A stretch of 64,000 bases of DNA, from the NCBI GenBank assembly GCA_045545475.1, contig JAZQAZ010000034.1:1-64000 (forward strand), read 5' to 3'. The translations under genes and the position numbers were made by a program. The notes below the pieces were generated by a model. The model searched no databases. It had not been told where the DNA came from and saw only the letters and a program-made list of their open reading frames with translations. Numbering within the stretch: position 1 is the first letter of the stretch; every line of letters starts with the position of its first letter. Of the stretch, positions 19,864 to 29,750 are shown one piece after another. Source of the stretch: Clostridia bacterium. Its GTDB lineage: Bacteria; Bacillota; Clostridia; CAKSNL01; HGM11501.

Positions 19864-20043
19864 TTTTCCACTCTTTACACAGGATAAAAAACAGGTGGAA
19901 AAAAGAATTATTAATTTATCTTATTTTTATAAACATATGAAAAATGCTTTATTATCGCATTTGTTTCACTTTTCAACAGTTTACCACCCCTCTAATACAA
20001 CTGAATTTAAATAATTATTAAATATACGGAAGGAGAAATCTTT
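19864..20043. other. oriC, right part with degenerate DnaA boxes and AT-rich unwinding element
   Basis: TTTTCCACT, TTTACACA, TTTTCAACA, TTTACCACC, then an AT-rich tract before dnaN. Confidence 0.7.
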
Positions 20044-21159
20044 ATGATTTTCCAGTGTCAGAAAGAAATTTTAATGAACACATTAAATATTGTAGGAAAG
20101 GCAGTATCACCTAAGGCATCAATGCCTATACTTGAAGGCATATACATAAAGGCAGGCCCTGAACAAATCACAATTGTGGGAAATGATTTGGAGCTTGGTA
20201 TAGAATGTAATATAGGTGCAGAAGTTTATGAAGAAGGATCGATCGTTCTTCTTGCAAAGACATTTACAGAAATTGTAAGAAAGCTTCCCAACGATACAAT
20301 AACAGTAAAAGTAAACGATCAGAGAAATGCTGTTATAACTTGTCAGAACATTGAGTATAAAATTACAGGTCTTTCTGATGACGAATTTCCTTCAATTCCC
20401 GAAATTGATTCTGAAAATGAATTAATAATTGAATCAGGTATTCTTAAAAACATGATAAGAAGAACTATTTTTGCTATTTCACAAAATGAAAGCAGAATGG
20501 TTTTGACCGGATCTTTATTTGAAGTAAAGGGAGATTCACTTAATGTTGTTTCTGTAGACGGTTTCCGTCTGGCATTAAGAAATGAAAAAATAAAAGAAGA
20601 TAAAGGAGAAGGTTTTTCTTTTATTATACCCGGAAAAACACTGGGAGAACTCTCTAAAATATTAAAAGATGACGATTCTCTTGTAAAAATAAGCGTAAAT
20701 CAGAGATTTTGCTTAATAAAAACCGAAGATGCAAAGGTTGTTTCAAGACTTATTGAAGGTAATTTCTTAAATTATAAGAAAACAATTCCCACCGATAATG
20801 CGTATAGTGTGGTAATTCCGGTAAATTCAGTAATGGAAAGTGTTGAAAGATGCGAACCTATCATTTCTGCAAGTGAAACAAAGAGTCCTATAAGACTTCA
20901 TTTTACAAAAACTGAGCTTGTAATAAAGTGTTTTGCATCAACAGGTCAGATTATGGATACACTTCCCATTCCTTTTGAAGGAGAAGAAACGGAAATAGGT
21001 TTTAATCATAAATATTTTCATGATGCATTAAAGGCTTGTGAGGAAGATCTTGCAAAAATTGAGTTTAATTCAAATTTAAGTCCCTGTATTATAAAGCCTG
21101 TTGACGGAGAAGATTTTATACAGATGGTTCTTCCCGTAAAATTAAAAAATGAAAATTGA
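20044..21159 (+). CDS. dnaN: DNA polymerase III beta sliding clamp
   Basis: PILEGI, VSVDGFRLA, SRLIEGNF, C-terminal MVLPV; follows dnaA. Confidence 0.97.
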   Translation: MIFQCQKEILMNTLNIVGKAVSPKASMPILEGIYIKAGPEQITIVGNDLELGIECNIGAEVYEEGSIVLLAKTFTEIVRKLPNDTITVKVNDQRNAVITCQNIEYKITGLSDDEFPSIPEIDSENELIIESGILKNMIRRTIFAISQNESRMVLTGSLFEVKGDSLNVVSVDGFRLALRNEKIKEDKGEGFSFIIPGKTLGELSKILKDDDSLVKISVNQRFCLIKTEDAKVVSRLIEGNFLNYKKTIPTDNAYSVVIPVNSVMESVERCEPIISASETKSPIRLHFTKTELVIKCFASTGQIMDTLPIPFEGEETEIGFNHKYFHDALKACEEDLAKIEFNSNLSPCIIKPVDGEDFIQMVLPVKLKNEN

Positions 21160-22255
21160 AAAAGTAAAGCTTTTTAATTACAGAAATTTTTCCTGTGAAG
21201 AAGTTTTGTTAAATCCCGAAGTAAATGTATTCAGAGGAGAAAATGCTCAAGGTAAAACAAATTTTCTGGAATCTTTATATCTTTTTTCTCAAGCTAAAAG
21301 CTACAGAGCTGCAACTGAAAAGGATTTAATTAAATTCGGATGCGAAGATTTTAAGATAGAAATGGATTTTTTAAAAGGGGATATGCCTTGCCACGGGGAA
21401 TATAAATTTTCTGTTTCAGAAAAAAGAGAAGTTAAGTTTAACGGAATAAAGGTTTCAAGAAATTCGCTTTTAAGTGAGCATTTTAAAACTGTTTTGTTTT
21501 CACCTGAAGAAATTGATGTAATTAAGGGAGAAAAAGAATTAAGAAGAAATCTTCTTGATGATGCGATATGTTTACTTAAACCTAATTATGCCAAAATATT
21601 AAAGGATTATAATAAGTGTATAAAACAGAAAAACATGCTTTTGAAATCAAAGGATATAAGAAACTATATAAGCATGATTGATGTCTGGAATCAAAGGCTT
21701 TCGGAATACGGAGCCAGACTTATTATGTACAGGGGAAGCTTTACCCGTCTTTTGTCAGATTATGCAAAAATACATATGGATTTATTGACAGAAGGAAAAG
21801 AAGAACTTGTTATAAATTATGATCCTTTTATAAAAACAAGCGATTGTTTTAATATTGAAAAAAATAAAGAGTTTTTCATAGAAAGCATGGAAAAACTCAA
21901 AAATGCCGAAATTGAAAGGGGACAGGCATTAACCGGTCCTCACAGAGATGATATTGAATTTTTAATAAACGGAAATAATGTTAAACTGTTCGGTTCTCAG
22001 GGTCAGCAGCGTTCCTGCATATTGTGCGTAAAGCTTGCAATGACAGAAATTATAAAAGACAGGTGCGGATTTTATCCTGTTTTGCTTCTTGATGATATAT
22101 TAAGTGAGCTTGATAAAAAAAGACAGTCTTATTTAATTGAAAAAATAAAAGGTAAACAGACAATTATTACATGTACCGGAGTAAGCGGTTTAAGAAAAAG
22201 TAAAAGAGTTACCTTTTTTACGGTAAAAAACGGAAAAATAAATAAGGAGCAATAA
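21149..22255 (+). CDS. recF: DNA replication/repair protein RecF
   Basis: GENAQGKTN, GPHRDD, GSQGQQR, LLLDDILSELD. Confidence 0.97.
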   Translation: MKIEKVKLFNYRNFSCEEVLLNPEVNVFRGENAQGKTNFLESLYLFSQAKSYRAATEKDLIKFGCEDFKIEMDFLKGDMPCHGEYKFSVSEKREVKFNGIKVSRNSLLSEHFKTVLFSPEEIDVIKGEKELRRNLLDDAICLLKPNYAKILKDYNKCIKQKNMLLKSKDIRNYISMIDVWNQRLSEYGARLIMYRGSFTRLLSDYAKIHMDLLTEGKEELVINYDPFIKTSDCFNIEKNKEFFIESMEKLKNAEIERGQALTGPHRDDIEFLINGNNVKLFGSQGQQRSCILCVKLAMTEIIKDRCGFYPVLLLDDILSELDKKRQSYLIEKIKGKQTIITCTGVSGLRKSKRVTFFTVKNGKINKEQ

Positions 22256-22256
22256 T

Positions 22257-22529
22257 ATGTATCTTCATGTTGGAGGAGATTATCTTTTAAGAAAAGATAA
22301 AATAATCGGAATTTTTGATATTGAAAATACAAGTATAGGAAAATCAACAAGAGAATTTTTCCGTCGCTGCGAACAAAATAAAAATGTAATTAACGTATCT
22401 TATGATTTACCAAGGTCGTTTATATTGGAAGATACGGATAAAATTTATATATCACCAATTTCTCCGCAAACACTACTTAAGAGAATGAATCAAAAACCCT
22501 CGGAAAAGACAGTAAGAAAGGAATTTTGA
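22257..22529 (+). CDS. remB: RemB/YaaB (DUF370) family protein
   Basis: MYLHVGGD...IIGIFD...[13 protein letters not shown]; syntenic between recF and gyrB. Confidence 0.85.
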   Translation: MYLHVGGDYLLRKDKIIGIFDIENTSIGKSTREFFRRCEQNKNVINVSYDLPRSFILEDTDKIYISPISPQTLLKRMNQKPSEKTVRKEF

Positions 22530-22530
22530 A

Positions 22531-24468
22531 ATGAGCGAAATCATGAACAACTATGACGAAAACCAGATTCAGGTACTTGAAGGACTTGAAGCGGTAAGAA
22601 AAAGACCGGGTATGTACATCGGTTCCACTTCTATAAGAGGTCTTCATCACCTGGTATATGAAATTGTCGACAACAGTATAGATGAAGCGTTGGCAGGTTT
22701 TTGTACTGAAATTGAGGTTTCACTTAATAAAGACGGTTCTGTAACAGTATCAGATAACGGCCGTGGTATGCCTCACGGAATTCATCCGAAAATGGGAATT
22801 TCTACAATAGATGTTATTTTTACGGTTCTTCATGCAGGCGGTAAATTCGGAGGCGGCGGATATAAAGTGTCCGGCGGTCTTCACGGTGTTGGTGCATCTG
22901 TTGTTAATGCTCTTTCAAAAAAGCTTGAAGTAAAGGTTCATGACGGTGAAAAAATATGGTTTCAGTCTTATACCGTGGGTAAGCCTGACGGCGAAGTTCA
23001 TGAAATAGGAACTACAAATAAAACCGGAACAGAAGTTACTTTTTGGGCAGATGACGAAATTTTTGAAGAAACCTATTATAATTACGAAGTATTACTTAAA
23101 AGACTTCGTGAGCAGGCTTTCTTAAACGGCGGTATTAAAATTATTTTCCGTGATTTAAGAGAAGAAGAATTAAAAGAAGAAGAGCTTATTTACGAAGGCG
23201 GTATTAAAAATTTCGTTTCTTATCTTTACAACGAAAAATACGGCAAAAAAGAAAATTCAGCGACTATTCATGATGAGGTTATTTATGTAAAGGGCGAGAA
23301 AAACGGAAGTATGGCTGAAGTTGCCATTCAGTGGAACAACGGCTATGAAGAAATGATAGAATCCTTTGCAAATAACATTTCAACTACCGAAGGCGGTACT
23401 CATGAAGTAGGCTTTAAGGCTTCTCTTAAAAAGGTACTTGAAGATTATGCAAAAAAATATAAGCTTGTAAAAGATGATGAAGAATTAACAAGTGATGATG
23501 TAAGAGAAGGAATTATTGCAGTTGTTTCAGTAAAACTTGAAGAGCCTCAGTTTGAAGGACAGACTAAAACAAAACTTGGTAATTCGGAAATAAGAGGTCT
23601 GGTTGAAAATATAGTAAAAGAAAAGCTTGCAGACTTTCTGGAAGAGAATCCCGATGTTGGCCGTTCAATAATTGAAAAAGCACTTCTTGCATCCCGTGCG
23701 AGAATTGCTGCAAGAAAGGCAAGAGAAGCAACGAGAAAAACTCCTCTTGGTACAAGCTCACTTCCGGGAAAACTTGCTGACTGTATTGTAAAGGATCCTA
23801 CAAAGACAGAGCTTTATATCGTAGAGGGAGACTCTGCGGGAGGATCAGCCAAGAGCGGACGTGACAGTAAATATCAGGCGATACTCTCTCTTTGGGGTAA
23901 AATGCTTAACGTTGAGAAGGTTAAACTTGATAAGGTTTATTCTAATGAAAAATTAGTTCCCGTTATTCAGTCGCTTGGTACGGGAATAGGTGCAGAATTC
24001 AATATTGAAAAGCTCCGCTACGATAAAATAATAATAATGGCCGATGCCGACGTTGACGGTGCTCACATACAGACACTTTTATTGACTTTCTTCTTCAGAC
24101 ATATGTTCCCGCTTGTTGAAGCAGGACATATCTATCTTGCAAAACCCCCGCTTTATAAGCTTTCAAGAGGAAAAAATTCCCGCGTTGCTTTCAGCGATGA
24201 GGAAAGAGACAGAATAAGTGAAGAATTAAAGGGCGGAGATGCAAATGCCAAGGTTGAAATAAACAGATACAAAGGTCTTGGTGAGATGGACCCAGAAGAA
24301 CTTTGGGAAACCACAATGGATCCCAAAAACAGAATTCTTCTTAAGGTTACGTTGGAAGATGCAGAGCGTGCAAGCGATATATTCAGCGTACTTATGGGCG
24401 AAGAAGTTGAACCCAGAAGAGTGTTTATTGAAGAAAATGCACAGTACGTAACTAATTTGGATATATAA
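22531..24468 (+). CDS. gyrB: DNA gyrase subunit B
   Basis: [39 protein letters not shown]. Confidence 0.97.
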   Translation: MSEIMNNYDENQIQVLEGLEAVRKRPGMYIGSTSIRGLHHLVYEIVDNSIDEALAGFCTEIEVSLNKDGSVTVSDNGRGMPHGIHPKMGISTIDVIFTVLHAGGKFGGGGYKVSGGLHGVGASVVNALSKKLEVKVHDGEKIWFQSYTVGKPDGEVHEIGTTNKTGTEVTFWADDEIFEETYYNYEVLLKRLREQAFLNGGIKIIFRDLREEELKEEELIYEGGIKNFVSYLYNEKYGKKENSATIHDEVIYVKGEKNGSMAEVAIQWNNGYEEMIESFANNISTTEGGTHEVGFKASLKKVLEDYAKKYKLVKDDEELTSDDVREGIIAVVSVKLEEPQFEGQTKTKLGNSEIRGLVENIVKEKLADFLEENPDVGRSIIEKALLASRARIAARKAREATRKTPLGTSSLPGKLADCIVKDPTKTELYIVEGDSAGGSAKSGRDSKYQAILSLWGKMLNVEKVKLDKVYSNEKLVPVIQSLGTGIGAEFNIEKLRYDKIIIMADADVDGAHIQTLLLTFFFRHMFPLVEAGHIYLAKPPLYKLSRGKNSRVAFSDEERDRISEELKGGDANAKVEINRYKGLGEMDPEELWETTMDPKNRILLKVTLEDAERASDIFSVLMGEEVEPRRVFIEENAQYVTNLDI

Positions 24469-24472
24469 AAAG

Positions 24473-24657
24473 GATGTAAAAAAAGTCCGGACCGCAAGAA
24501 AAGTAGTTATAAAGATTAAACTAAAAAGAAAAGTAAAAAAAGAAAAATTTCTTGCTATAAACAAACTTTGCCATTCGACATATCTATATACACCTTCGGG
24601 CAAACCAAAGCTAAAGCTTTGGCAAAGTTTGTTAATTCCAAATCTTTTTTTCCTATC
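24473..24657. repeat. Dispersed structured repeat, copy A (homologous to 54807-55051)
   Basis: Shared blocks GATGTAAAAAAAGTCCRGACCGCAA, TTGCTAYRAACAAACTT, CRTATCTATATACRCCTTCGGGYAA, TTTTTTCCTATC; 14-bp inverted repeat 24560-24633. Confidence 0.8.
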
Positions 24658-24684
24658 CTTTTAGTAAAACGGAGGCTAAAATAA

Positions 24685-27222
24685 ATGGCTAAACAGAAAA
24701 AATATGAAGATTCCCATTTTGAGGAATATTTAGATACACAAACAATAGTCAATGTTGATATTGAAAAAAGAATGAAGGAGGCTTTTATAGATTATGCCAT
24801 GAGCGTAATCATAAGCCGTGCTCTTCCCGACGTGCGTGACGGTCTTAAGCCTGTTCACAGAAGAATTTTATATTCCATGTATGAAGAGCATCTGACTCAC
24901 GATAAGCCTTTCTTTAAATCTGCTACCACCGTCGGTAACGTTATCGGTAGATACCATCCCCACGGTGACGCCAGCGTTTATGATGCAATGGTGCGTTTAG
25001 CGCAGGATTTTTCCATGCGTTATCCTCTGGTTGAAGGTCACGGAAACTTCGGTAGTGTTGACGGCGATCCCCCTGCTGCTTACCGATACACGGAAGCAAG
25101 AATGAGCAAGCTTTCCAATGTGATGCTGGAAAACATTGAAAAGAACACAGTTGACTTTGCTCCCAACTTTGATGAAAAGAGAGAAGAACCTACCATTCTT
25201 CCTACAAGAATCCCCACTCTTTTGATAAACGGAAGCTCCGGTATCGCAGTTGGTATGGCAACAAACATACCTCCTCATAACCTTACCGAAGTGTTAAATG
25301 GTGTTATTGCTCAGATTGATGACCCGGAAATCACAACGGAAGAGCTTATGGAGTATATAAAGGGTCCCGATTTTCCCACAAAAGCAACAATTATGGGAAA
25401 AAGCGGCATAAGAAGTGCTTACACAACCGGTAAAGGAAAAATTATAGTTCGTGCCAAGGCTGAAATTGTGGAAAAGAAGGACGGTTCATCATCCATTGTT
25501 GTGACAGAGCTTCCTTATCAGGTAAATAAGAAGTTACTTGTCGAGTCCATAGTAGACCTTGTAAAGGACAAAAAAATAGAAGGTCTTGCAGATATTGACG
25601 ACCATTCTTCAGATCGTGTGGGAATCCGTCTTGATATTTCATTAAAGAGAGATGCAAATCCCCAGGTTGTATTAAATCAGCTTTACCGTTTTACAAGACT
25701 TCAGGACAGCTTTTCTGTTAATATGCTTGCAATCTGCGACGGAAAGCCCAAAACACTTAACCTTAAAGAAATTATTACAAAGTTCATTTCTTTCCAGGAA
25801 GAAATCGTTACAAGAAGAATTAAGTTTGACCTTGAAAAAGCACAAGCAAGAATGCACATACTGGAAGGTCTCCGCATTGCTCTTTCAAATATTGATGCGG
25901 TTATAGAAACCATCAGAAATTCTTATGATGACGCAAAGGAAAGACTTATGGAACGCTTTTCTATGTCTGAAATTCAAGCACAGAGCGTTCTTGATATGAA
26001 GCTTGGTCAGCTCCAGAGACTGAACGGTGAGAAAATTGAAGAGGAATACAATGCCCTCATTGCAAAGTGCAACGAATATAACGAGCTTTTGTCCAATAAG
26101 GATAAGCTTATGACACTTATAAAAGAAGAACTTACAGAAATCCGTGATAAGTACGGCGATGAAAGACTCACTGCAATCGAACCCGGTCTTGATTTAATTG
26201 ACGATGAGGACTTAATCGAGGTTGAAGATTCTGTTTATACTCTTACAAACTTCGGCTATGTAAAGAGAGTTCCCACAGATACTTATAAGGCTCAGCACAG
26301 AGGAGGACGTGGTATTTCCGGTCTTCAGACAAGGGAAGAGGATTTCGTAAAGTATATGTTTACGGCATCCACTCACGACTTTATCCTGTTCTTTACTGAC
26401 CGTGGTCGAGTTTACAGACTTAAAGGTTATCAGATTCCCGAATCAAGCCGTCAGGCAAAGGGAAATGCAATTATAAACCTTCTTCCCATCGAGAAAAACG
26501 AAAAGGTAACGGCAATGATTCCTATAAAGGAATTTTCCGAAGATTTCTATCTTACAATGCTGACAAGAAACGGTATTATAAAGAAAACTTGCCTGGAAGA
26601 ATATAACACTGCAAGAAAGGGCGGTATCCTCGCGATTGTAATTGACGAGGACGACGAACTTATTTCCGTAGAAATGACCGACGGTAACAACGATATTGTA
26701 ATCGGAACTCATAACGGTCTTGCAATCCGTTTCAATGAAAAGGATGTAAGAGCCATGGGCAGAGTAACCCGTGGTGTTAAGGCAATTACTTTACGAAGCG
26801 GAGACTATGTAGTTGGTATGGCACGCGTTGAAGACGATGCCGAACTTATGATTGTAACAGAAAACGGCTTTGGTAAAAAGTCAGAATTTGACCTCTTTAA
26901 GACTCAGAAGCGTAGCGGTATGGGTATGATAGGCTATAAGGTTACGGAAAAAACCGGTAAGATTGCGGGCATTACCTCAATCAAGGAGGATGAAGACCTT
27001 ATGCTTATTGCATCAAACGGCGTAATAATAAGAATGTTCTCAGCTGAAATAAACAGCTTGGGACGTGCAACTCAGGGTGTAACCTTGATGCGAAGTGATG
27101 ACGGAGCAACCGTAATAGGTATTGCGAAAACTCCTCACGAGGATGAAAAAGAGGAAGTGACAGAGGGGGAAGACGCACCTTCTGAAAATGCAGAAGCTCC
27201 CGCAGTGGAAGTAACTGAATAA
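24685..27222 (+). CDS. gyrA: DNA gyrase subunit A
   Basis: [29 protein letters not shown], GyrA-box QHRGGRG, beta-pinwheel repeats. Confidence 0.97.
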   Translation: MAKQKKYEDSHFEEYLDTQTIVNVDIEKRMKEAFIDYAMSVIISRALPDVRDGLKPVHRRILYSMYEEHLTHDKPFFKSATTVGNVIGRYHPHGDASVYDAMVRLAQDFSMRYPLVEGHGNFGSVDGDPPAAYRYTEARMSKLSNVMLENIEKNTVDFAPNFDEKREEPTILPTRIPTLLINGSSGIAVGMATNIPPHNLTEVLNGVIAQIDDPEITTEELMEYIKGPDFPTKATIMGKSGIRSAYTTGKGKIIVRAKAEIVEKKDGSSSIVVTELPYQVNKKLLVESIVDLVKDKKIEGLADIDDHSSDRVGIRLDISLKRDANPQVVLNQLYRFTRLQDSFSVNMLAICDGKPKTLNLKEIITKFISFQEEIVTRRIKFDLEKAQARMHILEGLRIALSNIDAVIETIRNSYDDAKERLMERFSMSEIQAQSVLDMKLGQLQRLNGEKIEEEYNALIAKCNEYNELLSNKDKLMTLIKEELTEIRDKYGDERLTAIEPGLDLIDDEDLIEVEDSVYTLTNFGYVKRVPTDTYKAQHRGGRGISGLQTREEDFVKYMFTASTHDFILFFTDRGRVYRLKGYQIPESSRQAKGNAIINLLPIEKNEKVTAMIPIKEFSEDFYLTMLTRNGIIKKTCLEEYNTARKGGILAIVIDEDDELISVEMTDGNNDIVIGTHNGLAIRFNEKDVRAMGRVTRGVKAITLRSGDYVVGMARVEDDAELMIVTENGFGKKSEFDLFKTQKRSGMGMIGYKVTEKTGKIAGITSIKEDEDLMLIASNGVIIRMFSAEINSLGRATQGVTLMRSDDGATVIGIAKTPHEDEKEEVTEGEDAPSENAEAPAVEVTE

Positions 27223-27229
27223 AATAAAG

Positions 27230-27256
27230 TCCGGGGACGGATAAGCCGTCCCCGGA
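27230..27256 (+). terminator. Hairpin after gyrA
   Basis: tccggggacgg-ataag-ccgtccccgga. Confidence 0.65.
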
Positions 27257-27322
27257 ATAAAACTTAAAAAAACGGGTAAAATGAGCTTACAAAAAAATTC
27301 TCAAAAAAATTAAAAAAAAGGC

Positions 27323-27351
27323 TTGACAAAATGAAAAATTTGTGTTATTCT
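27323..27351 (+). promoter_or_regulatory. Stable-RNA promoter
   Basis: A-tract UP element, TTGACA-17 nt-TATTCT with extended TG. Confidence 0.75.
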
Positions 27352-27362
27352 AATATGGCTAT

Positions 27363-27439
27363 GGCGGCATAGCTCAGCTGGCTAGAGCAAACGGTTCATA
27401 CCCGTTAGGTCGGCGGTTCAAGTCCACCTGCCGCTACCA
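27363..27439 (+). tRNA. tRNA-Met (CAT), elongator type
   Basis: 77-nt cloverleaf GGCGGCATAGCTCAG...TTCATAC...GGTTCAAGTCC...CGCTACCA. Confidence 0.93.
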
Positions 27440-27445
27440 TTAAAT

Positions 27446-27520
27446 GGCTCGTTGGTCAAGCGGTTAAGACACCGCCCTTTCACGGCGGTAACACCAGTTC
27501 AAATCTGGTACGAGTCACCA
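27446..27520 (+). tRNA. tRNA-Glu (TTC)
   Basis: 75-nt cloverleaf, anticodon arm CCGCC-CTTTCAC-GGCGG, encoded CCA. Confidence 0.95.
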
Positions 27521-27521
27521 G

Positions 27522-27553
27522 GAAAAAGCACTTGCATTCGCAAGTGCTTTTTC
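27522..27553 (+). terminator. Intrinsic terminator after the tRNAs
   Basis: gaaaaagcacttgc-attc-gcaagtgctttttc. Confidence 0.85.
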
Positions 27554-27722
27554 AATTCAAAAACTAAGCCCGTAATTATGCTAATTTTTGAATATTTGCA
27601 TGTATATAGGCTTTAAATTTATAAAAATATGCTAAATTTTTAAAAAAGTTTAAAAAACTCTTGCAAAATGAAAAAATGTATGCTATTATAATGTGTACTG
27701 TTACGAAATGGAGGTGTTTTTA

Positions 27723-27911
27723 ATGGCAAAGTGTGATGTTTGCGGTAAAGGCGTAACATTCGGAATCAGAGTAAGCCATTCTCACAGAAGAAGCAACAGA
27801 ACCTGGAAAGCTAATGTAAGAACAGTAAGAGCGATTGTTAACGGTTCTCCCAAGACAATCTCAGTATGCTCACGCTGCCTTCGTTCCGGCAAGGTAGTTC
27901 GCGCTGTCTGA
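27723..27911 (+). CDS. rpmB: 50S ribosomal protein L28 (Zn-binding form)
   Basis: MAKCDVCGK...VSHSHRRSNRTWKAN...CSRCLRS; ATG 27723 behind GGAGGTG. Confidence 0.96.
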   Translation: MAKCDVCGKGVTFGIRVSHSHRRSNRTWKANVRTVRAIVNGSPKTISVCSRCLRSGKVVRAV

Positions 27912-27926
27912 TTTAACGAATAAATG

Positions 27927-27952
27927 AAGAACGGCAAAGCCGTTCTTTTTTT
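27927..27952 (+). terminator. Intrinsic terminator after rpmB
   Basis: aagaacggc-aaa-gccgttcttttttt. Confidence 0.85.
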
Positions 27953-28179
27953 ATTTATTAATCAACTTAAAAAGATAAAATAACTGCAAGAGCGAAAATG
28001 ATTCTTAATAAAACTAACTTTATATGTTGTAGTGTTGCGTTGTAGAGTTAACTCTGTGTTGGTGTGCGGTTCGAAACGCAGGCGGCAAAAATATTGCCAC
28101 GGAAATAAGCTGTGGTATAATTTAAAGGAAGATAACATGAGAAGCAATATCGCAATTTAAGATACAGTTGATACATAAG

Positions 28180-28212
28180 AAAAAAGAGCAGTGAAAGTCA
28201 CTGCTCTTTTTT
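28180..28212. terminator. Bidirectional terminator
   Basis: aaaaaagagcagtga-aag-tcactgctctttttt. Confidence 0.85.
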
Positions 28213-28238
28213 AATGCGGTAAATCCCGATTTAGCACC

Positions 28239-28481
28239 TTATTTTATTTCTTGTTCGAGATTATCAAAAACATCGGAATTAAAAAAGTCTTTTATGGAAA
28301 TTTCAAGACCATCGCAAATTTTCTTTATTGTCGAAATGGTTGTGCTGTTGTTTCTGCCGCTTATAATATTGTTGAGTGTGGATTGTGTTATTCCGCATAT
28401 TGTGGAAAGCTTATTAAGGGTTATAGCGTTTTGTTTGCAAAGCTCTGTTATACGGAGCCTTACTGCTTCGCCGATATTCAA
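28239..28481 (-). CDS. XRE/Cro-C1 HTH transcriptional regulator
   Basis: ITLNKLSTICGITQSTLNNII...TIKKICDGL; TTG start after GAGGTG. Confidence 0.9.
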   Translation of the reverse strand: MNIGEAVRLRITELCKQNAITLNKLSTICGITQSTLNNIISGRNNSTTISTIKKICDGLEISIKDFFNSDVFDNLEQEIK

Positions 28482-28587
28482 TTACATCACCTCATTAACA
28501 GTATGATGTAATTGTATCCCTTTTGAGTTAAAAACATTACCTCTTTTGGGTTGACTTTAAACTGAAGGTGTGGTAATATATTTTATC

Positions 28588-28610
28588 GTAGGGCAGGGGC
28601 TTGCTCCTGC
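28588..28610 (+). repeat. GTAG-type REP sequence
   Basis: GTAGGGCAGGGGCTTGCTCCTGC; related copies at 28863, 29024 (minus) and 36377 (minus). Confidence 0.85.
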
Positions 28611-28669
28611 TATTTTTAAAGCGTAAAACAAAAAAGCGGATGTAATACATCCGCTTATATAACTGAATA

Positions 28670-29180
28670 TTATTTGCAAAAGCAGTCGCTTTCCCACCTT
28701 AGTACATTTGTGCCGATGTATTCTGCAATTTTTTTGTAGTCCTCATCATTACGGATTATGTGGTCGTGAAAGGAGGGTTGGAATAAATGTTTTTCGCCTA
28801 AATCATTTTCTTTACAAAGCCTTGTTGTTATTGATTTAAATGCACATACCACATCCGATATTGTAGGGCAGGGGAAGAGCTCCTGCCGTAGGTATAATCG
28901 AAAACAGAATATGAATGTGATTCGGCATAATCACGTATTTATCAACTGTTATATTATTATAACGATTTTCCAATGCTTCAATCTGTTCTTTTGCGATAAA
29001 TCCGTATATTGTAAGACGGTTTTCGGCAGGAGCAAGCCCCTGCCCTACGGTTATTTCAGACAGCAGATGCTTTTTATCCTTCGTACAAATTGTTATAAAA
29101 TATGAACCCGGCAAAGAATAGTCATATCCTTTAAGCCTTGTCCTTTTTCGTTTTGGTGAAATTTTATTTTCAGAAATCAT
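28670..29180 (-). pseudogene. REP-associated tyrosine transposase (RAYT, IS200/Y1 family), frameshifted
   Basis: RLKGYDYS...YFITICT, VIMPNHIH (HUH) in 28836-29180; FKS...FQPSFHDHIIR...YI in 28670-28852; the frame changes inside an embedded REP at 28863-28889. Confidence 0.88.
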
Positions 29181-29427
29181 AATCGCTTAAAAGATCATTG
29201 GGAGAAAGACCGAAAACTTTTGAAATAGCAAGAAGCTCCAGGTCAGTTACAAAACGTTGACCGCTTTCAATTCTCTGAATAGCGTTTTTATCAACATCAA
29301 CACCTAAAATCTGAAGTTTTTCAGCAAGCTGACGCTGTGACATTTTAGGATTTTGGCTTTTTCTTATTTCATAAACTTTTTCGCCGCAAATATTATTTTT
29401 GCCTGACAGAGATTTGTTCTTAAACAT
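29170..29427 (-). CDS. XRE family HTH regulator
   Basis: MSQRQLAEKLQILG...AIQRIESGQRFVTD; ATG 29427 behind GGAGGG. Confidence 0.88.
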   Translation of the reverse strand: MFKNKSLSGKNNICGEKVYEIRKSQNPKMSQRQLAEKLQILGVDVDKNAIQRIESGQRFVTDLELLAISKVFGLSPNDLLSDYDF

Positions 29428-29441
29428 ATTACCCTCCGCTA

Positions 29442-29514
29442 TTTGACATTCTGTGCTTGACAAAAATATTATATAGCGGTATAATTTGAAACGTGACATT
29501 CACTAAATGTCAAA
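29442..29514 (+). promoter_or_regulatory. Consensus promoter with TGACATT operator repeats, divergent from the HTH gene
   Basis: TTGACA(29457)-17 nt-TATAAT(29480); TGACATT-cacta-AATGTCA inverted repeat at 29494-29512 plus a half-site at 29443. Confidence 0.7.
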
Positions 29515-29534
29515 TGGCCGGAAATATATTTATT

Positions 29535-29750
29535 TTACCCCTTAAATCGCCTTATAAAAATCTCAACAAATGCCGAGAATATAATCGAAAAGCTTAAAAT
29601 TTCGGAGGCAACAAATACAAGCTCCTTTGCGGCATAAGGGAAAAGGCCGCCGCCCACAAGGTAAAGCACCAGGGCGAGAAGTGTTATCATAAGCGAATAG
29701 ACAAGGCCTGAAAAAAACAATAGCCTTGTATTTTTATGAAGCTTTTCCAT
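29535..29750 (-). CDS. Small membrane protein, two TM helices
   Basis: Hydrophobic 71-aa ORF with AAGGATG RBS. Confidence 0.55.
   Translation of the reverse strand: MEKLHKNTRLLFFSGLVYSLMITLLALVLYLVGGGLFPYAAKELVFVASEILSFSIIFSAFVEIFIRRFKG

Noticed and set aside
27363-27439. Initiator tRNA-fMet or lysidine tRNA-Ile2 identity for the CAT tRNA
   Set aside because: Paired first acceptor position and no triple G-C anticodon stem exclude initiator; overall sequence matches Firmicute elongator Met
27960-29530. Prophage or ICE at the tRNA/rpmB locus
   Set aside because: Only HTH genes and a RAYT; no integrase, structural or conjugation genes
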